In this document: piece after piece, positions 47,881 to 57,187 of the stretch | Numbering within the stretch: the first letter of the stretch is position 1 | Layout of the letters: the number at the start of each line of letters is the position of its first letter | Assembly: GCA_963665845.2 (NCBI GenBank) | Contig: OY762492.1 | Coordinates: 224,001 to 288,000 of the forward strand | Length of the DNA stretch: 64,000 bases | Source of the DNA: Candidatus Poribacteria bacterium | GTDB lineage: Bacteria; Poribacteria; WGA-4E; GCA-2687025 | Direction: 5' to 3' | Translations under genes and position numbers: made by a program | The notes under the pieces: generated by a model | The model's database searches: none | Seen by the model: only the letters and a program-made list of their open reading frames with translations | What the model was told of the DNA's origin: nothing

Positions 47881-48582
47881 TCATTTAAGATGCTCCGCCC
47901 TGTTTTTAACGCGTCCGCCACCGCTGGGCGGTATCGGACCGCCAGGTGATGAAAGGAACGGGTTTAGAGCCGCTTCTAGCCTATGGAAGCAAAATGCGTA
48001 GTGCGTCTTGCCGCCAGGATCGGATGCCGCTGCCTGCACGCTGATGCCAAAGGATTCTCTCCGCTCCCAGTAAGTCACCCACCCCAAAGGATGCCCCAAG
48101 TTGCGCCGTTTTCTGTAGATACCAATTGCCCCACTCTTGGGAGCTCCTGATAGATCTGGATTATCGGTATGGGCATAGATCCCGGCTTCCGCATAGGCGA
48201 GCGAATAGCCGTCTACATCGTAGACAACTTGCACATTCCTATGCATGTCTCGTCCCCGGAAAAGCTGCCGAAGGAGCCTTGCTTCGACATATCCGTGAGC
48301 GGAGGCTGAAACGCCTGTGGTTGAGCCGGAGCCAGTACCGTCGTTCCCAATGCCCATGACGCCAATAGATATGGCGTCCAGTACGTAGTCGGCGGTTCCG
48401 TAGTAAGATGCCGACCCGATGGAAGGATCGCCGCCTGATATACCTGTGTGCGCAGTTGCTGTTGTAGCGCCTGGATTGTATCCAGGAGCGACAATGAACC
48501 ACGCGAGAAGCGTCGCACAGATGATGAACCAGACACTGATTCGCCGTTTGCGCGTGTCAAAACGTTCCGCAATTTTTTTCAT
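47881..48582 (-). CDS. Secreted or membrane-anchored Gly/Ser-rich hypothetical protein
   Basis: Basic N-terminus with hydrophobic stretch, possible ATA-H cleavage; 10 nt upstream of the 47870 gene. Confidence 0.65.
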   Translation of the reverse strand: MKKIAERFDTRKRRISVWFIICATLLAWFIVAPGYNPGATTATAHTGISGGDPSIGSASYYGTADYVLDAISIGVMGIGNDGTGSGSTTGVSASAHGYVEARLLRQLFRGRDMHRNVQVVYDVDGYSLAYAEAGIYAHTDNPDLSGAPKSGAIGIYRKRRNLGHPLGWVTYWERRESFGISVQAAASDPGGKTHYAFCFHRLEAALNPFLSSPGGPIPPSGGGRVKNRAEHLK

Positions 48583-48716
48583 GGCAAAACCCTTTCGCGT
48601 TGTTGCCTGTCGAGTCGTTTCGCGTCGCTACGCCTTTCTTTCCAAAGCCGTTACATGACATGACAGATCGAAAGACGAAAAAGATGGTCAAACGGCAAAT
48701 ATTTTTCATGCGCCGC

Positions 48717-49274
48717 TCATTTTTTCGCATTCAGCGTTTCTTGCAGCGTCTGAACGCCCGATCGGATCAGCCATTTGACCGTTCCGAGCGGGATCTGCTC
48801 CTTGTCGGCAATCTGCTCGTGGGTCAGCCCTTCCTTGTAATGCAGCTCGAAAACGCGCAGCTGCTTTTCAGTCATCGCGTTCTCCGCCTCCTCCCAGATA
48901 TGTTTTAGAAGGGCGCGATCCTTCCATCGTCCCCTGTTGCGAATCCGCGCAACCAGTCCGTGAAGCGCCGCCGGGTCGGTCGGCAGGATGGGTCGGACAG
49001 ACTTCAACTGCGGATAATTGATCGCTTGACGGCGCGCCGTTTCAAACAGCCAGGACTTAAAGGCGCGCGGGTTTTGAAGTTGAGAGAGGCTGCTCCATGC
49101 CCGATACATCGTTTCTTGAACAATGTCCTCTGCGCAGCTTCGGTTCGACTTTGACAGCCTCGAGCGGACATATGCGACCAGTTGAGGGCGGAAATGCGCC
49201 GCCAGAAGTTCGAAAGCGCGCTCGTTTCCTTGCTGCGCCAGTTTGACCAGTTCCGTGATACGCTCAAGCTTCAT
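48717..49274 (-). CDS. ECF RNA polymerase sigma factor
   Basis: AQQGNERAF, AEDIVQET, FKSWLFETAR, GLTHEQIA...PLGTVK; RBS GGAGG. Confidence 0.88.
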   Translation of the reverse strand: MKLERITELVKLAQQGNERAFELLAAHFRPQLVAYVRSRLSKSNRSCAEDIVQETMYRAWSSLSQLQNPRAFKSWLFETARRQAINYPQLKSVRPILPTDPAALHGLVARIRNRGRWKDRALLKHIWEEAENAMTEKQLRVFELHYKEGLTHEQIADKEQIPLGTVKWLIRSGVQTLQETLNAKK

Positions 49275-49379
49275 CTTTATCCTCCGCCGACGATATGCAG
49301 CAAACATACTATTTAATTTAATATGCCGCAACATTCTTATTAGCGCAATAAACGCAGACAACCAAACCGGTCATTTCCG

Positions 49380-49511
49380 CTGACCTCACGTCTTAAGTTG
49401 GGACATGTCGGCATGCGAACGCGGACGTCTTCTGAGGCGCCTCTGGATTCCCGCTTACGCGGGAATGACAGGAAAGAGAGCGGAAATGACGGGGAGGAGA
49501 GAGGAAATGAC
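49380..49511. mobile_element. CTGACC-family MITE half with REP and degenerate 21-bp tandem tail
   Basis: CTGACCTCACGTCTTAAGTTGGGACATG...GATTCCCGCTTACGCGGGAATGAC, then GGAAATGAC recurring every 21 nt. Confidence 0.65.
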
Positions 49512-49543
49512 TGCGCCAGGCGGAAGCCTAGCGCCATGCCGCG

Positions 49544-49630
49544 TCAACGGCGCAGCAGCAATTTCAGCAGGGCGGCAATCAGCAGCGGCGCGGCGGCTCC
49601 CGCGATGGCGCCGAGCAGCGCGGCTTTCAT
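49544..49630 (-). CDS. 28-aa hydrophobic small protein, not in the ORF track
   Basis: MKAALLGAIAGAAAPLLIAALLKLLLRR*. Its ATG overlaps the upstream stop (ATGA). Confidence 0.5.
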   Translation of the reverse strand: MKAALLGAIAGAAAPLLIAALLKLLLRR

Positions 49631-50604
49631 TGGACCGGCGGCTTTGGGTTTGGCGGGCGGTTGGCGGGGAAGCGCGGCTCTTCTCCCCGCAGAACGCGCA
49701 GCGCGTCCTCCGTCACGAGCGACATGGCGCGCATCGATCTCTCCGTTTGCCCCGCCAGGTGCGGCGACAGCAGAACGTTCGGCAGGCTCAGGAGCCAGGA
49801 TACCAGCGGCAGCGGCTCCGTTTCAAACACATCCAGGCATGCGCCGGCGATCTCCCCCGTGTCGAGCGCGTAGACCAGGTCGTCTTCGTTATGCAAGACG
49901 CCGCGCGCCGCGTTGATAAAAAGCGCGGACGGCTTCATCATCTCAAACCGCCGGCGGTTGAACATGCCGGCGGTATGCGGCGTCGCGGGCGTATGAACCG
50001 TGACAATGTCGGAGCGGGCGAGCAGGTCGTTCAGCGATGTTTTTTCGGCGCCGAGACGCGCTTCCAGATCAGGGCGCGGGACGATGTCGCAGTACAGCGC
50101 CTTCATCGAGAAGCCCTGAACGGCAATCTCCATGACGCGCGCCCCGATTCGTCCCGCCCCGACAACGCCGATGGTCCTGCCGCTGATCTCAAAGCCGTAG
50201 TCGCGGTCGCGCATTGACCAGTCGCCGTCTCGGACTGCTTGATCCGCTTCGGGGATGCGCCGATGAAACGCGAGCGCCGCCCCGATGACAAACTCGGCGA
50301 CCGCCTGCGCATTCGCTTCGGGCGTGAAGGCGACCCAAATGCCGCGCTCCTCCGCCGCTTTCAGGTCCACATTGTCGATGCCGACGCCGTGCCGCCCGAT
50401 GACGCGCAGTTCGGGCGAGGCGTCCATCAGTTCGGCGTCAATGCGTCCAAAGGCGCGCAGAATGACCGCGTGCGCGTCCGCCATGCCGCGCCGCAGCGTT
50501 TCAGGCTTCGCGTCCGGCAGCGTCTCGATATGCGCATACGGCGCGGCGGCGTTCATGCCCGCTTCATGTATTTTAGAGACGACCGCGATTTTCCACTTCT
50601 TCAT
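49627..50604 (-). CDS. D-isomer-specific 2-hydroxyacid dehydrogenase (SerA-like)
   Basis: RHGVGIDNVD, GVVGAGRIG, INAARG, LDVFETEP, SPHLAG. Confidence 0.88.
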   Translation of the reverse strand: MKKWKIAVVSKIHEAGMNAAAPYAHIETLPDAKPETLRRGMADAHAVILRAFGRIDAELMDASPELRVIGRHGVGIDNVDLKAAEERGIWVAFTPEANAQAVAEFVIGAALAFHRRIPEADQAVRDGDWSMRDRDYGFEISGRTIGVVGAGRIGARVMEIAVQGFSMKALYCDIVPRPDLEARLGAEKTSLNDLLARSDIVTVHTPATPHTAGMFNRRRFEMMKPSALFINAARGVLHNEDDLVYALDTGEIAGACLDVFETEPLPLVSWLLSLPNVLLSPHLAGQTERSMRAMSLVTEDALRVLRGEEPRFPANRPPNPKPPVQ

Positions 50605-51944
50605 GGTTCTTTTGCGTCCTCTTCATCCGCTTCAGCGCTCTCTGCATTTAAACGGCGCCATTCTTGAAGCCGTTCGCGTATGGCGTTTTCGGCGCCGACC
50701 GCCTTCGGTTCATAAAAGACGGTTCCGCGCATTTCGGCGGGGAGATGCTGTTGAGGCAGGAACCCGTCCGGCGAATCATGCGCGTACCGGTATCCGTCCC
50801 CGTATCCGATTTCTCGGTGCAGATGCGTCGGCGCGTTGCGCAGATGCGTCGGCACAGGATAAGCGGGCAGACGGCGCGCGGCGGCTTTTGCGGCGTTCAG
50901 CGCGGCGTAGGATGCGTTCGACTTCGGCGCGGACGCAAGATAGGAAACCGCCTGCGCGAGACAGATCTGCGCTTCGGGCATGCCGACATATTCCACCGCA
51001 TGCGCCGCGGAGGTTGCGATCGTCAGCCCGACGGGGTCCGCGTTTCCGATGTCTTCGCTGGCGGAGATCACAAGCCGCCGGGCGATGAACTTCGGGTCTT
51101 CCCCCGCCTGAATCATCCGCGCAAGCCAGTACAGCGCCGCGTCCGGATCGCTCCCGCGTATCGATTTGATGAGCGCCGAGGCAAGCTCGTAATGGTTCTT
51201 GCCGACGGAGCGCCGTTTCAGCATGTCGTTCAGCTGTTGAAGGCGGACGACGCGCCTGCCGTTCTGCACGGGAGCCGACGACACCGCCGTTTCCAACATA
51301 TTGAGCGCGGCGCGGGCGTCCCCTTCAGACGCCATGCAAATCCGCTCTAAAACGGACGGCTCCACATCGGGCGACAAGGGGGCGAGTCCTGTCGGCGCGT
51401 CCAGCGCGCGCTGGAGAGCCAAGCGTATATGGCGCGGCTCCAGCGGTTGAAGCGGAACGACCGGGGCGCGCGACAGCAGCGGCGCGATGATCTCAAACGA
51501 GGGGCTTTCCGCCGTCGCGCCGACGAGCGTTACATCGCCCTGTTCAACATGCGGCAGAAGCGCGTCCTGCTGCGCCCTGTTGAACCGATGGATTTCGTCG
51601 ATGAAAAGGATCGTCCGCCTGTTATGAAATTTGAGCCGTTCTTGCGCGAGGGCGATTTTTTGACGCAGCTCGGCGGTTCCTTCGTTGGCGGCATGGAGCG
51701 TTTCAAAAGCGGCGCTGGAGCGGCGGGCGATGATCCTGGCAAGCGTCGTTTTGCCGCACCCCGGCGGACCCCATAGAATCATGGAGCGGACATTCCCTCG
51801 CTCAATGTCGCGGCGGAGCGGTTTGCCGGGCGCCAGCAGGCTCTCCTGCCCAATGAACCCGTCCAAATCGAGCGGGCGCATACGGGCGGCAAGCGGGACA
51901 TTGGCGCCGCTTTCGTTTTTAAGATCGAACAGGTCGAGGCTCAT
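50601..51944 (-). CDS. rarA: Replication-associated recombination protein A (MgsA)
   Basis: PLAARMRP, WGPPGCGKTT, DEIHRFN, SALIKSIRGSDPDAA, SEDIGNAD. Confidence 0.94.
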   Translation of the reverse strand: MSLDLFDLKNESGANVPLAARMRPLDLDGFIGQESLLAPGKPLRRDIERGNVRSMILWGPPGCGKTTLARIIARRSSAAFETLHAANEGTAELRQKIALAQERLKFHNRRTILFIDEIHRFNRAQQDALLPHVEQGDVTLVGATAESPSFEIIAPLLSRAPVVPLQPLEPRHIRLALQRALDAPTGLAPLSPDVEPSVLERICMASEGDARAALNMLETAVSSAPVQNGRRVVRLQQLNDMLKRRSVGKNHYELASALIKSIRGSDPDAALYWLARMIQAGEDPKFIARRLVISASEDIGNADPVGLTIATSAAHAVEYVGMPEAQICLAQAVSYLASAPKSNASYAALNAAKAAARRLPAYPVPTHLRNAPTHLHREIGYGDGYRYAHDSPDGFLPQQHLPAEMRGTVFYEPKAVGAENAIRERLQEWRRLNAESAEADEEDAKEP

Positions 51945-53131
51945 GTCCGCGCGTACGCCTCCCGTCCGGCGACAAAGGTTCGTTCCACTTCCCATTCTTC
52001 CCTGTTAAAAAGAACGACATCCGCCAGTTTGCCCGGTTCCAGGCTGCCGATGCGTTTCTCTTCGCCCAACAGCGCCGCCGGCGTTGAAGAGGCCATGGCG
52101 ACCGCGTCCTCCAAGGAAACGCCGACCAGCTCTACGGCGACGCGGACCGCATCGATCATCCGTATGATGGAGCCGGCGTAACCGGAGCCGTCTGGAGCCA
52201 TGGCGATTCCGTCTTGAACCAAAAAACGAAACCCTTCCTCTTTTCGTCCGAACACATATTCGCCGTCCGGCATGCCGGCGGCGCGCGTCGCGTCTGTTAT
52301 GACCGCCAGCCCTTCGGCGCCCTTGCATTTGTATGCCAGCTGCATCAGTTCGGCGGGAATATGCAGCCCGTCGGCGATGATCTCCGCGGTCATCTCGTCC
52401 AGAACCAGCGCCGCCTCCACGACGCCCCCGTACCGCGCCGGCGGAATTTTAATGACGCTGGACATGGCGTTGTAAAGATGCGTCGCGTGGCGGAGACCCC
52501 ATTGAACAGCCTGTTTTACCTGCGCAAAGGTCGCCTCGGAATGCCCCGCGCTGACGACGATGCCGCGCTCCGAGAAGGCGCGAATCAGATGCTCGGCGCC
52601 GGGCAGCTCCGGCGCGAGGGTGATCCATCGCACCGCGTCGGCGCAGGTCAGCAGCCGCCGCGTTTCGTCGGGGGACGGGTTGCGGATATGCTGTTTCAGG
52701 TGGCATCCGCGCCTGTTTGGGTGAAAGTATCCGCCTTCAATGTGGACGCCGAGTATTCGCGCGCCGCCTGTCTGCTGCGCGGCTTCTTGAACCGCCTTGA
52801 TCATGCGCATCCAGTTGTCAAGCGAGTCGGTGCCGAGGGCGGCAACGAGCGATGTTGTTCCGCCTGACGCATGGAAGAGAGCGGCTTCGACGGCCGCTTT
52901 CGGGTCGGCGTCCATGAAATCGGCGCCGCCTCCGCCATGGACGTGGACATCAACAAAACCGGGAGAAACGATGAGTCCCTCCGCGTCCACCGCCTCCCAT
53001 GGCCCGTTGTCGGGCGGCTTGTTTCCGATATGCGCGATGCGTTCGCCCTCTATCCAGAGCGTTCCGTTTTGGACGGTTTTACTGGGGGCGATGACGGTTC
53101 CGTCATGTATTTTGAAGCGCCGTTGGGGCAT
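51941..53131 (-). CDS. nagA: N-acetylglucosamine-6-phosphate deacetylase
   Basis: PGFVDVHVHG, HIEG, LAPE, GHSEAT, THLYNAM, IADGLH. Confidence 0.9.
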   Translation of the reverse strand: MPQRRFKIHDGTVIAPSKTVQNGTLWIEGERIAHIGNKPPDNGPWEAVDAEGLIVSPGFVDVHVHGGGGADFMDADPKAAVEAALFHASGGTTSLVAALGTDSLDNWMRMIKAVQEAAQQTGGARILGVHIEGGYFHPNRRGCHLKQHIRNPSPDETRRLLTCADAVRWITLAPELPGAEHLIRAFSERGIVVSAGHSEATFAQVKQAVQWGLRHATHLYNAMSSVIKIPPARYGGVVEAALVLDEMTAEIIADGLHIPAELMQLAYKCKGAEGLAVITDATRAAGMPDGEYVFGRKEEGFRFLVQDGIAMAPDGSGYAGSIIRMIDAVRVAVELVGVSLEDAVAMASSTPAALLGEEKRIGSLEPGKLADVVLFNREEWEVERTFVAGREAYART

Positions 53132-53336
53132 ACTCGCTCCGTCTCGGATGCTGGGGTTGATGTTCATAGTTTAGCGCATTCGGCGCATCTTTGCATCGTT
53201 ACGCCTCTTAATGGGACATTTGAGCGAACGGTCAAAGGCTTTGCCGCCATGCCGTCTTGTCGGCGCGGTGTAACTTGACGCGCATATGCGTTCGTTGACA
53301 TGCTTACGTTGCTACACTGCGGGGCGGGGGCATGTC

Positions 53337-54899
53337 ATGACGCATTTCGCATCGGCGCCGATGGAAGTGAAACTGATCGATGCGATTTGCCAACCCTACG
53401 AAACGGCAGTTGGAGCGGCGCGAACTTGTTACTCCTCTAAGGGCGTGGTGTACCCTGACGAGGTGTCTAAAACAAAAAAAGCGCGCGCCGTACGCGACCG
53501 CATCGCCTCCAGCACGCTGCTTGCCGGTCATCTGACGACGCGGCAGCATGCGACCTTCGTCTTCGCAGTGAGCAACCTCTCCCGCGCGGCGGTCTGGTCC
53601 TTTCTGCATAGCCATCCGTTTTACAATTCGGAGCAGGTGAGCCAACGGTATGTGGAGGTGAAGACGGGGCATTTTGCCGTTCCGAAGATGATGCCCGCCG
53701 CGCTGGAGATCTACAACGCGGCAATTCAGCGGCAGCAGGAGGCGTATCTTCAGCTGATTGACGCGCTCGCGCCGGCGATTGAGCGGGAGTTTTACGCCGT
53801 TTTCCCCGCGCGAAAAAAACGCCCTGAACGCTGGCAGCGGACGCTCCGCCGTAAAGCGTATGAAACGGCGCGGTATGTTCTCCCTGTCGCCGCGCACACC
53901 TACCTGTACCATACGATCAGCGCGCTGACTCTCATTCGTTATGCGCGGCTGTGCGAGCATTTTGACGCGCCGACCGAGCAGCGCGAGCTGGTTCGCAAAA
54001 TGGTTGAGGCGGTAACGGAGATCGACCCGCTTTTTGAGCGGGAGCTGGACGACCCGATACCGCTGGAATCGACTCCTGAACACGCTTTTTTGTCGGAACG
54101 GTCGGCGGCGCCGGGCGATCCAGCGCAGTTCACGCGCGGCTTTGACAAGCGGCTCAACGGGCGCGCCTCCGTTCTGTTGAGCTGCGCGCCGAACGGGGAA
54201 GCGGTCGTCGCGGAGGCGGCGCGCGGCGTTCTCGGCGCTACAGCTGAACAGCTGCCGGACAAGGAAGCGCTGCGTCTGCTGCTAGACCCGTCGCGCAACC
54301 GGTATTTTGAAGAGACGATGAACGTTCATACGCTCTCTAAGCTGTCGCGCGCCATGAATCACACCCATTACACGTTTGCGAAGAAGTTGAGCCATACGGC
54401 AGATTCGCAGAACCAGCGGCACCGCATGACGCCCGGCTCCCGACCCGTTTTGAGCGCGCATTATACGGGCAAGCCGGACGCCGTATCGCCCAAGCTGTTT
54501 TCCAAATGCCCGCCGGCGCAGGAGATATACGACCGGGCAAACGCGGACGCCTATGAGAGCGTCAACCGGCTCTTGGAGGCGGGCGTATCGGACGAGTTCG
54601 CGTTTTACCTGCTGCCGAACGGACATGCGATACGGCTCATCGAGTCGGGATCGCTCATGGATTTCACGCATAAGTGGCGGACGCGGCTCTGTTATACGGC
54701 GCAGGAGGAAATCTTTCACGCTTCGGTGGATGAGGTTCTTCAGGTTCAGGAGGCGCACCCGACCATCGGACAGCATCTGCATGCGCCGTGCTGGTACCGT
54801 CAGCGTTCAGACTGCGCGCCGTTCTGTCCGGAAGGGGATCGGTTCTGCGGCATACCTGTCTGGAAGCTGTCCGTTGAGCAGTTTCATCGGTCGCTTTAA
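53337..54899 (+). CDS. thyX: FAD-dependent thymidylate synthase with tandem ThyX domains
   Basis: Domain 1: AARTCYS, HSHPFYNSEQVSQRY, ARYVLP. Domain 2: QRHRMT, YLLPN, RLCYTAQEEI, CPEG..FCG. Confidence 0.8.
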   Translation: MTHFASAPMEVKLIDAICQPYETAVGAARTCYSSKGVVYPDEVSKTKKARAVRDRIASSTLLAGHLTTRQHATFVFAVSNLSRAAVWSFLHSHPFYNSEQVSQRYVEVKTGHFAVPKMMPAALEIYNAAIQRQQEAYLQLIDALAPAIEREFYAVFPARKKRPERWQRTLRRKAYETARYVLPVAAHTYLYHTISALTLIRYARLCEHFDAPTEQRELVRKMVEAVTEIDPLFERELDDPIPLESTPEHAFLSERSAAPGDPAQFTRGFDKRLNGRASVLLSCAPNGEAVVAEAARGVLGATAEQLPDKEALRLLLDPSRNRYFEETMNVHTLSKLSRAMNHTHYTFAKKLSHTADSQNQRHRMTPGSRPVLSAHYTGKPDAVSPKLFSKCPPAQEIYDRANADAYESVNRLLEAGVSDEFAFYLLPNGHAIRLIESGSLMDFTHKWRTRLCYTAQEEIFHASVDEVLQVQEAHPTIGQHLHAPCWYRQRSDCAPFCPEGDRFCGIPVWKLSVEQFHRSL

Positions 54900-54914
54900 T
54901 TTAAGGGCGGGGGT

Positions 54915-56009
54915 TTATTCTGGAGGCGCCTCCGCTTCTTTTATCTTGCCCCATTCCGCTTTTTTTTTACCGGCAGGGTTGACGGAGAGGAAGCGGCTCT
55001 TGCCCGCATGAACCCAACTTGCGACGGCGCTCGGCGTTCTAATGCGAACAATCTCCCGCGTGTCTATGTGGATGCGGTAAAGGCTCCTGGGCGAACCCGG
55101 CGCTTCTTCGTCTTCCATTGTATAAAGAACCCACTTGCTGTCCGCCGACCAGTCCATAGGCATTGCCCACGCCCCGTCTTTGGAAAAGGTGAGACGCTCT
55201 AGGTTGGAGCCGTCCGGATTGATCATAAAAAGGTGAACGCCGACGCCCCCTTCTTCTTGCAGCTCACGGCCGGAGCCCTGGAACGCGATCTTTTTGCCGT
55301 CCGGCGACCATTCAGGGAACTTATAGGACGCGCCGCTGTTCGTTAGATTGACGACGTTGCGCCCGTCCGAACTCCTCATCGTGTAGAGATGGGTGGGGAA
55401 ATGATCAATGCCCAGCGCCGCTCTCTCCTCTTCGGTGGGCGGCTTACTGTTGAAAGCGATCGTCTTGCCGTCTGGAGAAACGGTCGCCCAGTACTCGTCC
55501 CTGAACGGCGTTTGGGTGAGCTTGATCAGTCTCTTGCGATCGAGATCCAACACGTAAATATCATCCCCCACGACCGGCGCTCTTTTGACGTTTCCGCGGC
55601 ATACGAGCCGCCTTCCGTCCGGAAACCACCATCCAGCAGAGATGTAGATGTGTTCGTAGCCGTTGTTGTCGAGTCGCTCTCTCATATTGACGACCCGCCC
55701 CGTTTCCAGCTCCAGAAGGAAAGGCGTATAGTCGTTATTCTCGAAGGCGCTTATCCAGACGTATTTGCCGTCTCGGCTAAATCTGGCGGGCCCGTTGAAG
55801 TTGCCTGTCATCCAGAGCCGTTCGTTCTGTCCGTCCCAGTCCATGAGTGTCAGCCCGTCATCTCGATCTAGACAGATTGTCGGTTTTTCCAGTTTCGTCA
55901 CATCTTCCAGCGGCGTATAATCTTCCGCAGACGCGGACGCGCACAGCAGAAGCGAGAGAACAGCGGCCGCGAATGCAGCCAAGGGTTTTGTGAAGGCGGA
56001 GAAGGTCAT
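54915..56009 (-). CDS. Secreted TolB/PD40-type beta-propeller protein
   Basis: Signal peptide ASA-E; SPDGKTIAF, PEWSPDGKKIAF, NPDGSNLERLT; C-terminal VNPAGKKKAEWGKIK. Confidence 0.82.
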   Translation of the reverse strand: MTFSAFTKPLAAFAAAVLSLLLCASASAEDYTPLEDVTKLEKPTICLDRDDGLTLMDWDGQNERLWMTGNFNGPARFSRDGKYVWISAFENNDYTPFLLELETGRVVNMRERLDNNGYEHIYISAGWWFPDGRRLVCRGNVKRAPVVGDDIYVLDLDRKRLIKLTQTPFRDEYWATVSPDGKTIAFNSKPPTEEERAALGIDHFPTHLYTMRSSDGRNVVNLTNSGASYKFPEWSPDGKKIAFQGSGRELQEEGGVGVHLFMINPDGSNLERLTFSKDGAWAMPMDWSADSKWVLYTMEDEEAPGSPRSLYRIHIDTREIVRIRTPSAVASWVHAGKSRFLSVNPAGKKKAEWGKIKEAEAPPE

Positions 56010-57184
56010 GTCATGCTCCTTTCAAGATGAAGGGGCGCGTCCATCGCGGCGCGGTATGCCTCGGCGGTGTCGGCGGCGATTTTTTCCCATGCGTAGTTTT
56101 CTTGGACGCGCCGCTGTCCGTTCTTGCGCAGGCGGGCGGCGAGCCGCGGATCGCGCTGGAGCCGTTGAAACGCATCGGCGAGAGCGGCAGCGTCCCCCTC
56201 CGGAACAATCAAGCCCGCGTTGTCGACGACGCGCGCGATTTCGCCCGAATCGGAGCCGACGACCGGCGCGCCGCATGCCATCGCCTCAATGAGCGCGCGT
56301 CCAAAAAACTCCACCCAGCGCCGCGTTGTGCGCGACGGAAGCGCGAGCGCGTCCATCGCGTTCATCGCCTCGGCGACGCCCCGCGGTTTCAAGGAGCCTG
56401 TGAACCGAACCCGCGCCGCCAGATTCAGCCGCGCTGTCAGCGCCTTCATTTCCGCCTCTTCCCGTCCAGCGCCGACAATCAGCCCGTAGGCGTTCGGCGT
56501 CTGCGCCAGCGCATGCAGGAGCAGATCCACCCCCTTTTCAGGAATCAGCTGACCCGCATAACCGACGATGAAAGCGTCGGGAGGCGCGCCGAAGGAGCGG
56601 CGCAGACGTTCCCGTTCAGGCGCCGGCAGCGGACGAAAAATGCGCGTGTCGACGCCGTTCGGAAAGACGCGCGCCGCCCCCTGAAACCCGTTCTCGCGCA
56701 GAAAGCGCGCCGCCGTTTCGCTCAACGCAAACGCGGCGGAGGCGCGCCGATAGACCGCCCGCTCAACCGCTCGAAGCAGCGGCGCCGCGATCGGCTTGAG
56801 CCGTATGCGCATCCCAACCGAGGTGCGAAAGATGAGACGCGCGTTCGGGGCGCGCCGCCGAAGCGTCCACAACGTCTGCCCCGCGCATAAACTGAACGGC
56901 TCCTCCTCCAGATGCACAAGATGCGGCTGGAACGAATCGAACTGCCGCGCAAAGCCGCGCCGATACATATACCGCGCGTAATAATCTTGCCAGACGACCG
57001 GCAGCGCGGCCGCCCAGTCGCAGCCGTTTTGCGTCTCAAACCGCTCCAAGCGCGTTCCTTCGCGCCACGCTTCCGGTACAATCAGCCGAAGCTGAACGCC
57101 CGGCTCCCGCGCAATCAGCTCAAACTTGCGCCGATACGCCGCCGCGACCGCCGGATGCGAAATGGCGAGAACGCGCAGGGACAT
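56006..57184 (-). CDS. GT4 family glycosyltransferase
   Basis: VHLEEEP, PNGVD, GQLIPEKG, EFFGRALIEAMACG. Confidence 0.9.
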   Translation of the reverse strand: MSLRVLAISHPAVAAAYRRKFELIAREPGVQLRLIVPEAWREGTRLERFETQNGCDWAAALPVVWQDYYARYMYRRGFARQFDSFQPHLVHLEEEPFSLCAGQTLWTLRRRAPNARLIFRTSVGMRIRLKPIAAPLLRAVERAVYRRASAAFALSETAARFLRENGFQGAARVFPNGVDTRIFRPLPAPERERLRRSFGAPPDAFIVGYAGQLIPEKGVDLLLHALAQTPNAYGLIVGAGREEAEMKALTARLNLAARVRFTGSLKPRGVAEAMNAMDALALPSRTTRRWVEFFGRALIEAMACGAPVVGSDSGEIARVVDNAGLIVPEGDAAALADAFQRLQRDPRLAARLRKNGQRRVQENYAWEKIAADTAEAYRAAMDAPLHLERSMT

Positions 57185-57187
57185 CGG

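Noticed and set aside
53296-53319. TTGACA...TACACT promoter for thyX
   Set aside because: The spacer is only 12 nt, too short for sigma70 as a pair.
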